A stretch of 64,000 nucleotides of DNA, taken from IMG/VR virus record IMGVR_UViG_3300028907_000004, positions 1-64,000 of that record; one strand, given 5' to 3'. Below, in pieces: positions 10,272-20,510 of this stretch. The translations under genes were made by a program, and so were the position numbers. The notes beneath the pieces were generated by a model. The model worked only from the letters and a program-made list of their open reading frames with translations, searched no databases and had not been told where the DNA came from. This DNA is from a virus. Its lineage: Duplodnaviria > Caudoviricetes. Position 1 is the first letter of the stretch. Every line of letters starts with the position of its first letter.

Positions 10272-10697
10272 CTAGTTACTGGCGTAGCAGTTCCATGCTA
10301 CAGAAATAGGTGTGATAAAAAAAGAACCATCTTGCCAACCCGCCGAAGGCCAGGCCTTCTCAATCGTAACCGCACACGTTCCATCAATCAAGCGCGTCCC
10401 ACGCTTAAAAGCATTACACAGGGAATCCACCATCTTGGTAGGCTTTCCCCAAGCAGCGTCCAGGGGATAGTGTAAGGAAAATTGGAAAAGGCCCTTGTTT
10501 TCGTTTAAGGCATCCACGCCTAATCCTGCGGGCCACGGCTGGGCGGGAAGAAAATCTACACGGACCCAAGGCGTTCCAGCAGGCGGTTTGAAAATTCGAT
10601 TGGGTTCTGCTATGCCTGGGGCCGTGGTTTGCGTAGCGGCCCACGTTTTCAAAGTAGCTATTCCCAATTTCAGTATGGTAAAGTACAAATTATCCAT
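10272..10697 (-). CDS. Tail terminator (DUF4128-like)
   Basis: PNRIFKPPAGTPWVRV...GLFQFSLHYP...AFKRGT; position before tail tube. Confidence 0.65.
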   Translation of the reverse strand: MDNLYFTILKLGIATLKTWAATQTTAPGIAEPNRIFKPPAGTPWVRVDFLPAQPWPAGLGVDALNENKGLFQFSLHYPLDAAWGKPTKMVDSLCNAFKRGTRLIDGTCAVTIEKAWPSAGWQDGSFFITPISVAWNCYASN

Positions 10698-11245
10698 TAT
10701 TCCCCACCTACTGTAATGTTGCCTTTCTTGATTTCAGAAGCAACCCGCTGGACTGCTCTGTTGAACTCGCGGAGAGTAATACGCACCATTCCAGAAGGGG
10801 CCTGTCTTCTACTCCATCCATATTCCAGTCTTATAGCGTAAACGACGTTGTTCGTCAATATGTAGCTTTTCGTGTTTTCGACGTTTGCTGTTTTGACTTT
10901 CATTATCATTCGGCTTTTTGCTTTGGACTTACCGGTTCCGTCTGATGTGACGGGTCCGGGGTCTTTATCCAGATTGCTCGACGGCGTGGAGGATGGGGAA
11001 TTCAGACCCACCACCCAATTAGACCTGGCGCGGCCCGTATCCACAGGAGTGCGCATAATTACACGAGAAAATATGTCTATGACGATTTTCTTGACGGCAG
11101 CACTGGTCTTAATTCCCGTCATCTTACACCAGTTGTCTACCGTCATTGAAAACTGCCTACCGCCCCCAGAATAAAAAGAAAACCGATCCCCCCGCGAAAA
11201 ATTACCAGGGCGGGAGGATACGGCACTGACGGTTCTAAAAGCCAT
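10697..11245 (-). CDS. Neck/tail completion protein (HK97 gp10-like)
   Basis: RTPVDTGRARSNW and NNVVYAIRLEYGWSRRQAPSGMVR motifs; start uncertain. Confidence 0.65.
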   Translation of the reverse strand: MAFRTVSAVSSRPGNFSRGDRFSFYSGGGRQFSMTVDNWCKMTGIKTSAAVKKIVIDIFSRVIMRTPVDTGRARSNWVVGLNSPSSTPSSNLDKDPGPVTSDGTGKSKAKSRMIMKVKTANVENTKSYILTNNVVYAIRLEYGWSRRQAPSGMVRITLREFNRAVQRVASEIKKGNITVGGE

Positions 11246-11246
11246 A

Positions 11247-11663
11247 CTAACTCCTGGACCGCAGATGAAGCATCGGCCAGTATATCGGTTCCCCGTCCGG
11301 GGCAAAGGGGTTCGCCTTTACTATCACGTAATCATTGGTGGCTCCCGCCATGCCCGTAGGCACGCGGACAACGTCCCCAGCGCAGGGCCTGTGCCCGGCT
11401 ATTTCGAAGCTCTCTGCGCCAGCTACGAGGTAAAAATCGTTTTCCATTACCGCGTAAAAATCATCCACCTTACTAAAAGCCCAATCTTTACTGGAAAACG
11501 CCCGAATTACTGCAGGAAATGGAATAGGCACCACACTAGCAGTTACCTCCCCGTTGGCATCTGGAGCAGACCCCGCATTGGAATCATACAAAAGAGTACA
11601 CGTGATTCCTTTTGCGGCAATCTTTCCTTCAGCCGCCAATCTCCAGGTATCGTATTTTCCCAT
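11247..11663 (-). CDS. Putative head closure protein
   Basis: 138 aa between head-tail adaptor and neck gene. Confidence 0.5.
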   Translation of the reverse strand: MGKYDTWRLAAEGKIAAKGITCTLLYDSNAGSAPDANGEVTASVVPIPFPAVIRAFSSKDWAFSKVDDFYAVMENDFYLVAGAESFEIAGHRPCAGDVVRVPTGMAGATNDYVIVKANPFAPDGEPIYWPMLHLRSRS

Positions 11664-11680
11664 TGTACGGCCTCCAGAAG

Positions 11681-12214
11681 TTAGGTACGCTCTACGTCAA
11701 ACACATAAAGCGTCTTGGACGTATCCGCTGTAGGATCCAAAATATAGTCGGCCAGAAGACGAATAATGGATTGAAAAGGGTACTTGCCGTCATTGGGGTC
11801 CTGCTTGAACCACTCTTCTTCAAGATCGCCCAGCTTTTCACGACGAAGCGGCCCTTTCCCCGGAGTCCAATCTGGCAATAACGTCCCAGGGGCCGCAAGT
11901 TCGCGCAAAGCCGCTTCTGCTTGTGCCCTACGAACGGATTCTGGGACAGAATCAGAAGGCCAAGAAAGACCATCACGCGTAACCACGCCGGTGCGCGGAA
12001 ACGAACAAGCCTGGAGAACAGAAACTTTCTGCCCCCTGTAACGGAAAGTTTCAATGTAAGCCATACCGCGAAGGGCAGCGGCGATTTTGTTTGCTTCAGA
12101 GGCACTGCCCCACGCTGCGTTACCCCTAGCCAAATGGTAGTCGTCCAAATAGCTCAAAGTCGCGTAGCTATTGGCCCCTTCGACTCCGGCCCCAGTTTCT
12201 ACAACTAACGCCAT
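11681..12214 (-). CDS. Head-tail adaptor (DnaT-like family)
   Basis: MALVVETGAGVEGANSYAT...QACSFPR...VRRAQAEAAL. Confidence 0.7.
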   Translation of the reverse strand: MALVVETGAGVEGANSYATLSYLDDYHLARGNAAWGSASEANKIAAALRGMAYIETFRYRGQKVSVLQACSFPRTGVVTRDGLSWPSDSVPESVRRAQAEAALRELAAPGTLLPDWTPGKGPLRREKLGDLEEEWFKQDPNDGKYPFQSIIRLLADYILDPTADTSKTLYVFDVERT

Positions 12215-12244
12215 GACTCCTCCCTTATATGTTTTAGCGCAACA

Positions 12245-12466
12245 CTAGAGATACCGTTTGCGTTTGATTGCTGCCTCGTACTTTATGAGGCACAACATGT
12301 CCTCGTATGCTTCCATTTCAACCCCTTCCGAAATTTCCGAACGACCCTTTTCCAAGAGTTTTTCAAGTATCAAAATTTGACGTGGGGTATGCCAGATACA
12401 ACACCCCGTCATATACGCATCGAAGGGATTTATTTTGCCTCTGGAAGCATAAGAAGATTGGCTCAT
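12245..12466 (-). CDS. Hypothetical protein
   Basis: 73 aa ORF within the operon. Confidence 0.4.
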   Translation of the reverse strand: MSQSSYASRGKINPFDAYMTGCCIWHTPRQILILEKLLEKGRSEISEGVEMEAYEDMLCLIKYEAAIKRKRYL

Positions 12467-12473
12467 AATGGGC

Positions 12474-13022
12474 CTACGCAGCGTGCGTTATGGTTGCGGA
12501 ATCTATTTGAAAGGCTTCGCCCAAAGTAACGTCTATGTTGTTTACCTGGATATCAGCGTTCGCCACACAACAATACTCCCAAGCGGCAGTTCCGTCTGTG
12601 ATGCCGCTTCCCGTTCCTGTGGGGCCTCCGGACGCTGCCGAAGTTCCAGCAGTAGTACATTTATACTGATTCGCGCCATTGGTGACAAAATCTCCCAGGG
12701 CATACGCTGTGCTTCCTGCCCACGCAGGTGCTGCCGTAGCAGTGAGGCCGACGGTGAGGCCCGTAACGACATCTACATTCACGGAACTGCGGAGGCGTGC
12801 TTCATTTGCCCTAGCGGTGGTGTCCGCAGACGGGTCCGAGGCCGACGCCGAAAGAAGCGTCCATACAGCCCCCGATACGGTGCCCCCGGCCCCTAGCGGG
12901 ACCGTAGCGATCAAAGTTGCCATGCCGGTAGTACCGATCTCCAGTTTGCCGTCTGCGCCCAGGGCGTTCTTTACCGCGCTCATTCTGGCGGCTTTAATGT
13001 CATCAGGATATACAACAGCCAC
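12474..13022 (-). CDS. Virion structural protein with CBM5/12-like insert
   Basis: Ala/Thr/Gly-rich; AWAGSTAYALGDFVTNGANQYKC module. Confidence 0.55.
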   Translation of the reverse strand: MAVVYPDDIKAARMSAVKNALGADGKLEIGTTGMATLIATVPLGAGGTVSGAVWTLLSASASDPSADTTARANEARLRSSVNVDVVTGLTVGLTATAAPAWAGSTAYALGDFVTNGANQYKCTTAGTSAASGGPTGTGSGITDGTAAWEYCCVANADIQVNNIDVTLGEAFQIDSATITHAA

Positions 13023-13152
13023 AGCATACTCCTAAAACAAATAATGGACCCGGTTGCTTTCACAAACGAATCCATTATGTTTGGCGTTAAACAAGGAACG
13101 CGCCTATGTCAAGATAGCAAGTTTTTAGCGGAAGCCCCACTATGACTACAAG

Positions 13153-13548
13153 CTACTTGGTACGGCCACCACGACGAGCCGCCTGCGACTTCGCCGGTTT
13201 CTGGACATCTTCCTCTTCCGTCTGCGGAGCATCAACACTCTCCTTCGGAGGGGCCCAGAAATACTGACCGGACTTGACACACTCCTTCGCATCCACCGCC
13301 CACATGGAATGGCGTTTGCCCTTCTGGTCGAATACGAAAAGACGATCCAGGCCGTCGCGCTGAATTACCAGGCCGTCCTCAACCACAGCAGGAGCGACAG
13401 GCTGAAGGCCCAGAGAATCCGCCAGAGACTCATCCGGACGCTCAAAAAAATACTGACCCGACTCCACTGCTTTTTCTGCGGCTTCCTGGCTGGGGGCCAG
13501 GAACTCGTTTCCCGCGTGATCATAAACTTTAACCTGTTCCATAAACAC
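13153..13548 (-). CDS. Hypothetical protein with internal duplication
   Basis: Two related units ending AVESGQYFFERP and CVKSGQYFWAPP. Confidence 0.55.
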   Translation of the reverse strand: MFMEQVKVYDHAGNEFLAPSQEAAEKAVESGQYFFERPDESLADSLGLQPVAPAVVEDGLVIQRDGLDRLFVFDQKGKRHSMWAVDAKECVKSGQYFWAPPKESVDAPQTEEEDVQKPAKSQAARRGGRTK

Positions 13549-13556
13549 CTCTCCTT

Positions 13557-13588
13557 AAAAAGCCGGGGACATTTCAGCCCCCGGCTGT
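13557..13588 (-). terminator. Rho-independent terminator
   Basis: Minus strand AGCCGGGGGC-TGAAAT-GTCCCCGGCT followed by TTTT. Confidence 0.65.
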
Positions 13589-13594
13589 TAGTCA

Positions 13595-14002
13595 TTACGC
13601 CAGCGTCACTCCCAGTTCATCGAGAACGACCCACTTGGAACCAGCCGACACCAACGTCAGGATTTCACCCGCAGCGTTGAACGTGGCCGTAGTAGCCGCC
13701 GATCCCCCCACGACGTTGGTCAACGCCATCGTAACGGCGTTAGTACCCGTCGTGGAGGTCATTTCGATAACCAGAATCTGTCCGGCCCGTTTGGGGGCCG
13801 CCAGCGTGATCGCGTAAGTATCGGTTGCGGGGCCGACGATCTTGACGTGATTGGCGTCCCGATTTATTGCCCCGGCGGCTTTGAGTTCCTGGATATTACC
13901 CTCAAGGCCCAGGTGCGCCGCTTCGGAAAGGGTCACGCTTTCCTGGCGTTTGATGCCAGAAGCCGGTTCGACCCATGCCTCCACCCTTCGTACATCACTC
14001 AT
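13595..14002 (-). CDS. Virion structural protein (head decoration-like)
   Basis: Beta-rich Ala/Thr protein downstream of the capsid gene. Confidence 0.5.
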   Translation of the reverse strand: MSDVRRVEAWVEPASGIKRQESVTLSEAAHLGLEGNIQELKAAGAINRDANHVKIVGPATDTYAITLAAPKRAGQILVIEMTSTTGTNAVTMALTNVVGGSAATTATFNAAGEILTLVSAGSKWVVLDELGVTLA

Positions 14003-14011
14003 GGTACCTCC

Positions 14012-14488
14012 TTACTTCATCGGAACTGCGTGGGCCGTGTAGTTGATTCCGGTGGCGATGTTGCCTGCCACAACAGTGTACACACGAGCGTAACGGTACA
14101 GAGCCGCATCATTCTCGTTGTCGAAGTACAGCTTGTAGCGGCCCGTGGTGTCGTCGCGGTCGCTGTCCGTCAGCTTCGTTCCCTTCGCGCCCAAGTGTAG
14201 CGCACAGGCTTCCACGATGTTGCCGACAGTACCGAAATCGGCGTCAGACGACAGCTGGACCACGATGGTGTAGGCTTCATCGCCGCTGGCGATTTCAATA
14301 GCCGACACGTTCAGGATCATACAGCCCTGGAACAAACCGGAACCCAGGTCCACGACCTTCGCGGAACCGTCAACCGTGGCCGCAGCGGAAGCGGCGATAA
14401 GGCCGGCATCCTTGAACTGCATAGCGGCGTCGAAAATGCCCTGTTTGACGAAGGGGGCCAGGCGTGCGCCCTTAACAGATTCTGCCAT
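14012..14488 (-). CDS. Putative capsid decoration/cement protein
   Basis: 158 aa immediately after the MCP; high-GC3 codon usage like the MCP. Confidence 0.55.
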   Translation of the reverse strand: MAESVKGARLAPFVKQGIFDAAMQFKDAGLIAASAAATVDGSAKVVDLGSGLFQGCMILNVSAIEIASGDEAYTIVVQLSSDADFGTVGNIVEACALHLGAKGTKLTDSDRDDTTGRYKLYFDNENDAALYRYARVYTVVAGNIATGINYTAHAVPMK

Positions 14489-14519
14489 ATCAATTACCTC
14501 CAGAAAGGGGTCAAAAGGA

Positions 14520-15446
14520 TTACTTCACCACGGCGGCGTTCTTGATGCCCCAGAGACGGGCAGCGGCGCGACCATGGTAACAGGACAGACCAGCGTACCA
14601 CTCAACACGGGTACGGTAGGCAGGCTTGGCTTCCAGTTCGCCCAGGTCACGGGCGTCGATGCCGCCGTTCTGGATGCCGGTCAACATACCTTCCGCGAAG
14701 CTGACACAGTAGATGGAAGTGCCGGTGGCCGTACCGCCGGCAGGGCAGGCTTCGTTGAAGTTCAGAATCTGCATGTCCGTGTTGTCGTTTTCGACGATCA
14801 GGATGGGCAGGTCGGCGTAGAAATACACCTGGCGTCCGAACTCGTCCTTGCCGGTGGTGATGAACCCGCCGACGGTGGTATCACGAGCGGCCTGGGTCAG
14901 CAGGCGGCGCATGGTCTTGTTCATGATCAGATGCGTGGGGTTCTGGACCTGGTCAATGAGTTCGTCCAGCTTCATCAGAGACAGCGCATCGCCATTCTGG
15001 GTGCTACCTGCGGCGATCAGCTGGTTGCCGGTGATGCGGGCCTGAAGGCCGTCGAACACGCGGGGGTTGGTCGTGGAATCGCCCTTGATGAACTGAAGGG
15101 TCCAGTTCAGCGCCAGGGCCTTGACTTTCATGGCTTCCTGAACCGAACGCTGGTCCATACCCATGGTGTCGATGATGAACTTGTCCACGTCCAGATCGCC
15201 GCCAGCGATGGTCAGCGTTTCCGTGATGGGGTTCAGAATGCCGGTGCTTTCGGTGTAGCCTTCGTTGATACCACGGAAGCCGATGCCGGGCAGGGTTTCT
15301 TCCCGATTGTACCGCAGGGCGTTGCCGGGGATGCCTTCAAACGGGAGAACTCGCAGAATCTCCGAAGAAGAGGCATACAGTTCGATGATGGCCTGGCGGA
15401 CCAGATCGTCCGTCTGCTTTGCGGCCTCAATAAGGGTAAGTGCCAT
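14520..15446 (-). CDS. Major capsid protein
   Basis: MALTLIEAAK...ILRVLPFEGIPGNALRYNREETLPGIGFRGINE...YRTRVEWYAGL. Confidence 0.85.
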   Translation of the reverse strand: MALTLIEAAKQTDDLVRQAIIELYASSSEILRVLPFEGIPGNALRYNREETLPGIGFRGINEGYTESTGILNPITETLTIAGGDLDVDKFIIDTMGMDQRSVQEAMKVKALALNWTLQFIKGDSTTNPRVFDGLQARITGNQLIAAGSTQNGDALSLMKLDELIDQVQNPTHLIMNKTMRRLLTQAARDTTVGGFITTGKDEFGRQVYFYADLPILIVENDNTDMQILNFNEACPAGGTATGTSIYCVSFAEGMLTGIQNGGIDARDLGELEAKPAYRTRVEWYAGLSCYHGRAAARLWGIKNAAVVK

Positions 15447-15479
15447 AGTTGTTTTCCTCCTGCCCGGCTAGGCTTCCAA

Positions 15480-16223
15480 TTAAGCCGACTGCCTGGACAT
15501 TTTAAGTTTCTCTGTCGGGGACAAGTGAACATCACCGCCCGTCGGGGCCTTGGGCCGCTTCTGGGGGTTGGGTCCGCCCGTAGAAGGCTCGAAAAGGTGC
15601 GGAGCTTCCACCATCAGACCTTCTGCCCATTCCGCCATCGTAATGGGGGCCTTTCCGTCCTTTCCGAAAATTTTGGAACCGTCAGAACCCAGGGCAACGG
15701 GGTTGCCGTTTTCGTCCAGCTTCCATGTGCCTTTTCCGCGTGAAGCAATATCCTGAATGGCCGATTTCTTGGGAACTCCCACTTCCATTACCGCAGCAAT
15801 AAGGCCCTGTTCGATCAGGTGCTTTTCCAGACGGGAGGACAGCGATTTGATCGTGTTCTCTTTTTCGTCTACGCTTCCCTTCAGAGCCTTGACCTGGGAG
15901 TCGAAGTCCATGCGCATCCTTTCGGTACGGCGGGCAACCAGTTCGTCTACCTTGCCCTGATCCAAAAGGCCCTTGTCCTCCAACTCTTCCATCTTCTTCA
16001 ACGCTTCCCGCGCCTTTTCCGGGTCCAGGTCTTTGTACTTGTTGTAATCAGATTTCAGGGTTTTGAGTTCCTCACGAACCGCCGTCAGGCTGTTCTTCAG
16101 GCCGGTAACATCTTCGACGCCTTCCGCATCCAGCTTGAAGCCGCCATTACCGTCTTCCACATAAAACGCACGAGCCGATTCCTGAATCTCATCCAGAGAT
16201 TTCACAAAAGCCTTCAGAGCCAT
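15480..16223 (-). CDS. Capsid scaffold protein
   Basis: Coiled-coil, charged; GFKLDAEGVEDVTGLKNSL and EAPHLFEPSTGG; precedes the MCP. Confidence 0.75.
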   Translation of the reverse strand: MALKAFVKSLDEIQESARAFYVEDGNGGFKLDAEGVEDVTGLKNSLTAVREELKTLKSDYNKYKDLDPEKAREALKKMEELEDKGLLDQGKVDELVARRTERMRMDFDSQVKALKGSVDEKENTIKSLSSRLEKHLIEQGLIAAVMEVGVPKKSAIQDIASRGKGTWKLDENGNPVALGSDGSKIFGKDGKAPITMAEWAEGLMVEAPHLFEPSTGGPNPQKRPKAPTGGDVHLSPTEKLKMSRQSA

Positions 16224-16334
16224 AGACCCTCCCGGTCTGCTTGCGGGCCACCAGCCCGACGTTGCATAAAAATAAAAACAGTCCTGCCATTTCAGCAGTA
16301 GTAGCCCTCATAATATAGAAAAAACAAATGATCG

Positions 16335-17474
16335 TCAATCCGAAACACCATACTTTCTTTTCAATGCGGCGACAGAAAGCGGCCTCCCCCGCTGGTCAAC
16401 CAGGTCAGTAAAAGACAAGCCCTTTTCCTTCCAGACGCTCCACCTACGCTGCCCCAATATGTCTTTCTGGCGGCTTTCCGATAACCTCGCAAACCAGTCC
16501 CCATAAGTAGTGGACGCGGGAACTGCTCCGTCCATAGAAGCGCGTTTGCCCCCCTTTACGAAGTCATCATAAATCGCATCTATCTTGGGGCTGTAGCCTA
16601 ACTCTTCCCACGACTTTGTAACAGGCACCAAAGTAGAACGGCAGTTCCAATGTGCCGGGGGGCCACCAAGAAAAGCCTGTGTATGTCCGATAGGCTGACC
16701 GTCCAAAGTATATAACTTTCCGTCACGAGCACGACACAATGGAGTGGTGCGATCATCAAGAGTCGCATGCCACATCATCCCCTTCATTACGTCTTCGTGT
16801 CGGCGTATAATTCGCATCCGTACATCTTCGGCTACCGCCTGTACAGACGTTCTAGCCAACGCCTCTGCCTGGCGTATGGATGTTGAGGACACGCCCCCAG
16901 AATAGTATGGCGTAGTTTTCAACTTTCCGTCCGTTCCTCTGTACTGGACGCTTCGGCTAGAAGACAGACCACGTACCCGTTCCGTCAGCTGCTTTACCGA
17001 CTCGCCTTGAAGGTAGCCCATCCGAATTTCCCTGGCAAATCGTTGCTGGAAGGACTGTTTTTGTCCCTTCCACCATTCCGCAGACGGGGCACCCTCTATG
17101 AGTACGTTGGAAGCTGCTGCCACCAGTTGTTCTTCTGTGAGAGATATGGACGGAAAGGCCACGCCCAGCCCAGCTTTCAAGGCTTTGTTAAAGAAAACCA
17201 CTTCTGCCCCGGCTACGGACAGCAGGGCCGACGAGTGGCTGGTTTCAAGTGTGGTGTACGTGGAGGCTACCTGTGCCCGGGCCTGGACAAGCATAGCCTC
17301 CATGCGTTTCTTGGTTCTTGCGCCTACCGTTTCCGACGCCAGAGATTCCATAAGGGACTTCTCCAATTCAAGGAGAAGTCCCGTGATCGTAAGTCTGGAA
17401 TCTTCGGCTACTCGCATCAAATCTATTGTGTGGGCCACAAAGGCGTCCACCAAATAGAAATTAACAGAGGCCAT
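16335..17474 (-). CDS. Head morphogenesis protein (SPP1 gp7/Mu F-like)
   Basis: WHATLDDRTTPLCRARDG and PPAHWNCRS motifs. Confidence 0.85.
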   Translation of the reverse strand: MASVNFYLVDAFVAHTIDLMRVAEDSRLTITGLLLELEKSLMESLASETVGARTKKRMEAMLVQARAQVASTYTTLETSHSSALLSVAGAEVVFFNKALKAGLGVAFPSISLTEEQLVAAASNVLIEGAPSAEWWKGQKQSFQQRFAREIRMGYLQGESVKQLTERVRGLSSSRSVQYRGTDGKLKTTPYYSGGVSSTSIRQAEALARTSVQAVAEDVRMRIIRRHEDVMKGMMWHATLDDRTTPLCRARDGKLYTLDGQPIGHTQAFLGGPPAHWNCRSTLVPVTKSWEELGYSPKIDAIYDDFVKGGKRASMDGAVPASTTYGDWFARLSESRQKDILGQRRWSVWKEKGLSFTDLVDQRGRPLSVAALKRKYGVSD

Positions 17475-17477
17475 GGG

Positions 17478-18869
17478 CTACTCCTCCGGGGTTTCGTCTT
17501 CGCCTTCCGGGGTTCCGACCCCGCCGGTGTCCGCATCCGCATTCATATCCAGAGGGAATGGCGTTCCGTCCAGAATATCCTGTTTTTCCTGTTCGGCGGT
17601 CTTCCCTTCTGGAATGAGTTCGCCCCTGGCCAGGTTGTAGAACAACGTATCGAAAGACATCAAACCGGACGCCACAAGTTTGTTAAGAGCCACAATCGTA
17701 TTGGCATCCAGGGTAATGTCTACGAAGTCCATATTCAGCTTGAATTCCAGTTCCTCTTCAAGCGTGCCGCCCATCCACCAATTAAGGAAGTGAAGTGCCG
17801 CTTTCATGGTAGCGTTGTGGGCTACGATCATTTTGGTAAGCACCGAAACTTCGCCAGTGCGCTTGAGAAGGACGGCCTGTGCAGTTTCTACTCCCGCCCT
17901 TGAGGGTTCCAGAAGGCGCGTGCCCATAAGGGCCATTTCGAGCCGAATGTCTTCATACCGCTGTTTGTTGGGATTCACGCCGTGGCCGTGGGATTCGCAG
18001 AAGCCCAAACGAGCTTCCGTGCTGGCGATGCCTACCGCCTTGGACGACCCCAGAACAATCTTGTCCACTTCGGACTGATCCGCGCCGGTAACATACAGGA
18101 AAGGGTTTCCTGTAAAATACAGGGAATTGGCGTAGTCCGCTCCCACACGTAGCAGTTCCGCATTCTTTCGAACCAAATCCAGCATCGGCGGTTTTTCCAC
18201 TTCCGGCTTGCTGTGGGTTACGTTACAGAAAAAGAACGGAATCTGGGTAAGCGGTCGGCCCAGCTTCTTGAGAACTCTGGAGTCTCCGCCAGACAAAGAA
18301 GGGGATTCGTGGATGGTAACTTCCACCACCCCGTTCTCGTTGATTCGCAGTTCCCGATACCGGGTAACTTCCTTGATTGTGTACCTGTCCTCTTCTACTT
18401 CCTCGATTTCCCGAAGAACCACAAGAGTCATGTCATTTTTCCAGTTAATGATGTCTTCTGCGGGGTACTTGCGAAGGAAGTGCCGCCCGTCTTCCGTCAC
18501 ATCCACGAGAATGCCAAAACGGCCCACCTCAAACTGGTCGTCCAGACACTGCTTACTAAAGGACCGAAGGCCGTTGCCCTCATAGTCAATGTCTTCCTGA
18601 ATTGCCTGGACACGGGGCGGAAGTTCGATAGTTGGCGGCTTTCTGATAATTACGCCAGACAAACCTTCTTTGGTAAGTTCCGCGCCATTGAAAAAGAAGG
18701 ATCGCTGGACATATGCGGAATAGTCCGTATCCTTCGACATCCCAGAAGGTCTGGGAAGGTATTCGATAGAGTGGTTCTTGACCTGCTCTTCACCTTCAAA
18801 AAAATCTCGACACATCGCCCAGGCTTTCTTGCGGCGTTTGTACTGCTTGTGTTCGGTATTGACGGGCAT
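17478..18869 (-). CDS. Portal protein (DUF4055-like)
   Basis: 463 aa; YLPRPSG...YVQRSFFFN, GRFGILVD, IPFFFC...PPMLDL. Confidence 0.85.
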   Translation of the reverse strand: MPVNTEHKQYKRRKKAWAMCRDFFEGEEQVKNHSIEYLPRPSGMSKDTDYSAYVQRSFFFNGAELTKEGLSGVIIRKPPTIELPPRVQAIQEDIDYEGNGLRSFSKQCLDDQFEVGRFGILVDVTEDGRHFLRKYPAEDIINWKNDMTLVVLREIEEVEEDRYTIKEVTRYRELRINENGVVEVTIHESPSLSGGDSRVLKKLGRPLTQIPFFFCNVTHSKPEVEKPPMLDLVRKNAELLRVGADYANSLYFTGNPFLYVTGADQSEVDKIVLGSSKAVGIASTEARLGFCESHGHGVNPNKQRYEDIRLEMALMGTRLLEPSRAGVETAQAVLLKRTGEVSVLTKMIVAHNATMKAALHFLNWWMGGTLEEELEFKLNMDFVDITLDANTIVALNKLVASGLMSFDTLFYNLARGELIPEGKTAEQEKQDILDGTPFPLDMNADADTGGVGTPEGEDETPEE

Positions 18870-18878
18870 GTGTTTCTC

Positions 18879-19097
18879 CTACTTCTTGACCGGACGGGAC
18901 AGGAGGCCCGCACGCGGGTTGGAATCTTTGGCCACCTTGAGGAACGCCTGCTTTTCCTCCTCCAGCTTCTTGACCTGTATGTCAATTTTGGACTTCGCCG
19001 CGCTCATTCTTTTGGGGTCCGCTTTAATGCGCTCTGCCTCTGCCAGGGTTCTGGCGTCCGATTCGGCCTGCCAATCTTTTTCGCTAAATGCCGGCAT
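18879..19097 (-). CDS. Hypothetical protein
   Basis: 72 aa between terL and portal, with an RBS. Confidence 0.5.
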   Translation of the reverse strand: MPAFSEKDWQAESDARTLAEAERIKADPKRMSAAKSKIDIQVKKLEEEKQAFLKVAKDSNPRAGLLSRPVKK

Positions 19098-19106
19098 GGG
19101 TTCCTC

Positions 19107-20510
19107 CTAATACCTGTTCAAAATATCAATATCGTAAATAACCCGATTCCTAACAGGAAATTCCGCTTCTATGTAATAACCAAGAGCGTCCGTCCAGTGG
19201 GTGAGCGACGGGTCCGACTTCTTGTCGATTTCCCCCGCGCCCCCCTCCAGAACGCGCACGCCCTCAAAGTCCTTAACAACATCAGGACACTTATGCGGGT
19301 CCACCATCAATCTTATTACGTTTGACTGACTTCGGCAACGACTATTAACGGCATTGACCCTGGCGCGTTCCGCTGGGTTCGAAGTTCCCACCTTTATGCG
19401 TAAGCTGTCCCCGAATTTAGAGTGTAGCATCTGCTTAATGATTTCCCAGTCCGATCCGGTCACCTTCGCCGTGCCCTGGGCACCGCCCGTCGCGTCGCCG
19501 TAGACATACACCATACCTACATGCGCGCCCCAGTCTTTCAACAGACGCCGAACAACCGCCGGGGTGTTCGAGTTCCGGGGAATATTGACCTGGCCAATAA
19601 CGCCGGTGCCAAACACTGGGTGTTTTTGAAGTACCTTGGAGCCTTCCGGAGCACGCCACTCATACTGGCCCGGAAGGTATTGTTCCTGACATACAACCGC
19701 CACGCCGGGAGATACGTTGAAGTCAAAACAAAAGATCAACGGTTCCCTGGGATCGTAACGAAGATTTTTGGAACAGTTGTAACGATCCTCAAAACAATAG
19801 TAGGCGCGGCCCGAAAAGTGAACAAAGTCCGCTTCGTATTCCTGTTGGAACGTCAACGGGTCCAAGTCCTGCTTGGCCATTTCGATTTCTTCAGGAGGAA
19901 GAATGTCCACCGACTTCCAATGAAAACTTTTCCAAATCCCCGTAGTGTCGGCCCTGGCTTTCCGGTCCATTTCATAATAGTGGTTTCGGCCTTCGGGCAC
20001 GCCTATGAGCCAACACCACCCCTGTCTATCCGAAAGGGCAGGACGGACGTTTGCCCCCCACGCCTGCGGCTTCATGTTGGCGTATTCGTCCAGTACGCCG
20101 CCGTCCCAGGGAGAGCCTTCTATGCGTTCCGGCTTATCCAGGCCGACTACGTGGATTTCTGCCCGTTGGCTTTTCCACTTCAGGTATATTTTGAGATCGG
20201 ATTCCGAAGGCTTCTTTTCCAGCAGCTTCGGAGGGATCATGGCTTTTAGGTCGTTCCAATAAATACGCTTGGCCTGATCGCGTACCGGAGCCGCTGCAAA
20301 GTAGTAACGCACATCCCATTTAGGGTGTGGCTTCAGAATGCCCTTGAGAGCTTCTTTTACCACCTTTCTTTTGGCCAGTTCTGTTTTGCCAGAACGTCTT
20401 CCCGCAGGAACCGTAGCAAAGCGGCAGGAAGAGGTCCAGAGGGCCTGCTGTATATGATGAGGACGAAGCGGATACATGCGCTTCGTGGGGGCAAAAGGAT
20501 TATTCGCCAT
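19107..20510 (-). CDS. terL: Terminase large subunit
   Basis: Walker A AGRRSGKT, Walker B GGVLDEYA, FCFDFN nuclease motif, HWTDALGY. Confidence 0.93.
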   Translation of the reverse strand: MANNPFAPTKRMYPLRPHHIQQALWTSSCRFATVPAGRRSGKTELAKRKVVKEALKGILKPHPKWDVRYYFAAAPVRDQAKRIYWNDLKAMIPPKLLEKKPSESDLKIYLKWKSQRAEIHVVGLDKPERIEGSPWDGGVLDEYANMKPQAWGANVRPALSDRQGWCWLIGVPEGRNHYYEMDRKARADTTGIWKSFHWKSVDILPPEEIEMAKQDLDPLTFQQEYEADFVHFSGRAYYCFEDRYNCSKNLRYDPREPLIFCFDFNVSPGVAVVCQEQYLPGQYEWRAPEGSKVLQKHPVFGTGVIGQVNIPRNSNTPAVVRRLLKDWGAHVGMVYVYGDATGGAQGTAKVTGSDWEIIKQMLHSKFGDSLRIKVGTSNPAERARVNAVNSRCRSQSNVIRLMVDPHKCPDVVKDFEGVRVLEGGAGEIDKKSDPSLTHWTDALGYYIEAEFPVRNRVIYDIDILNRY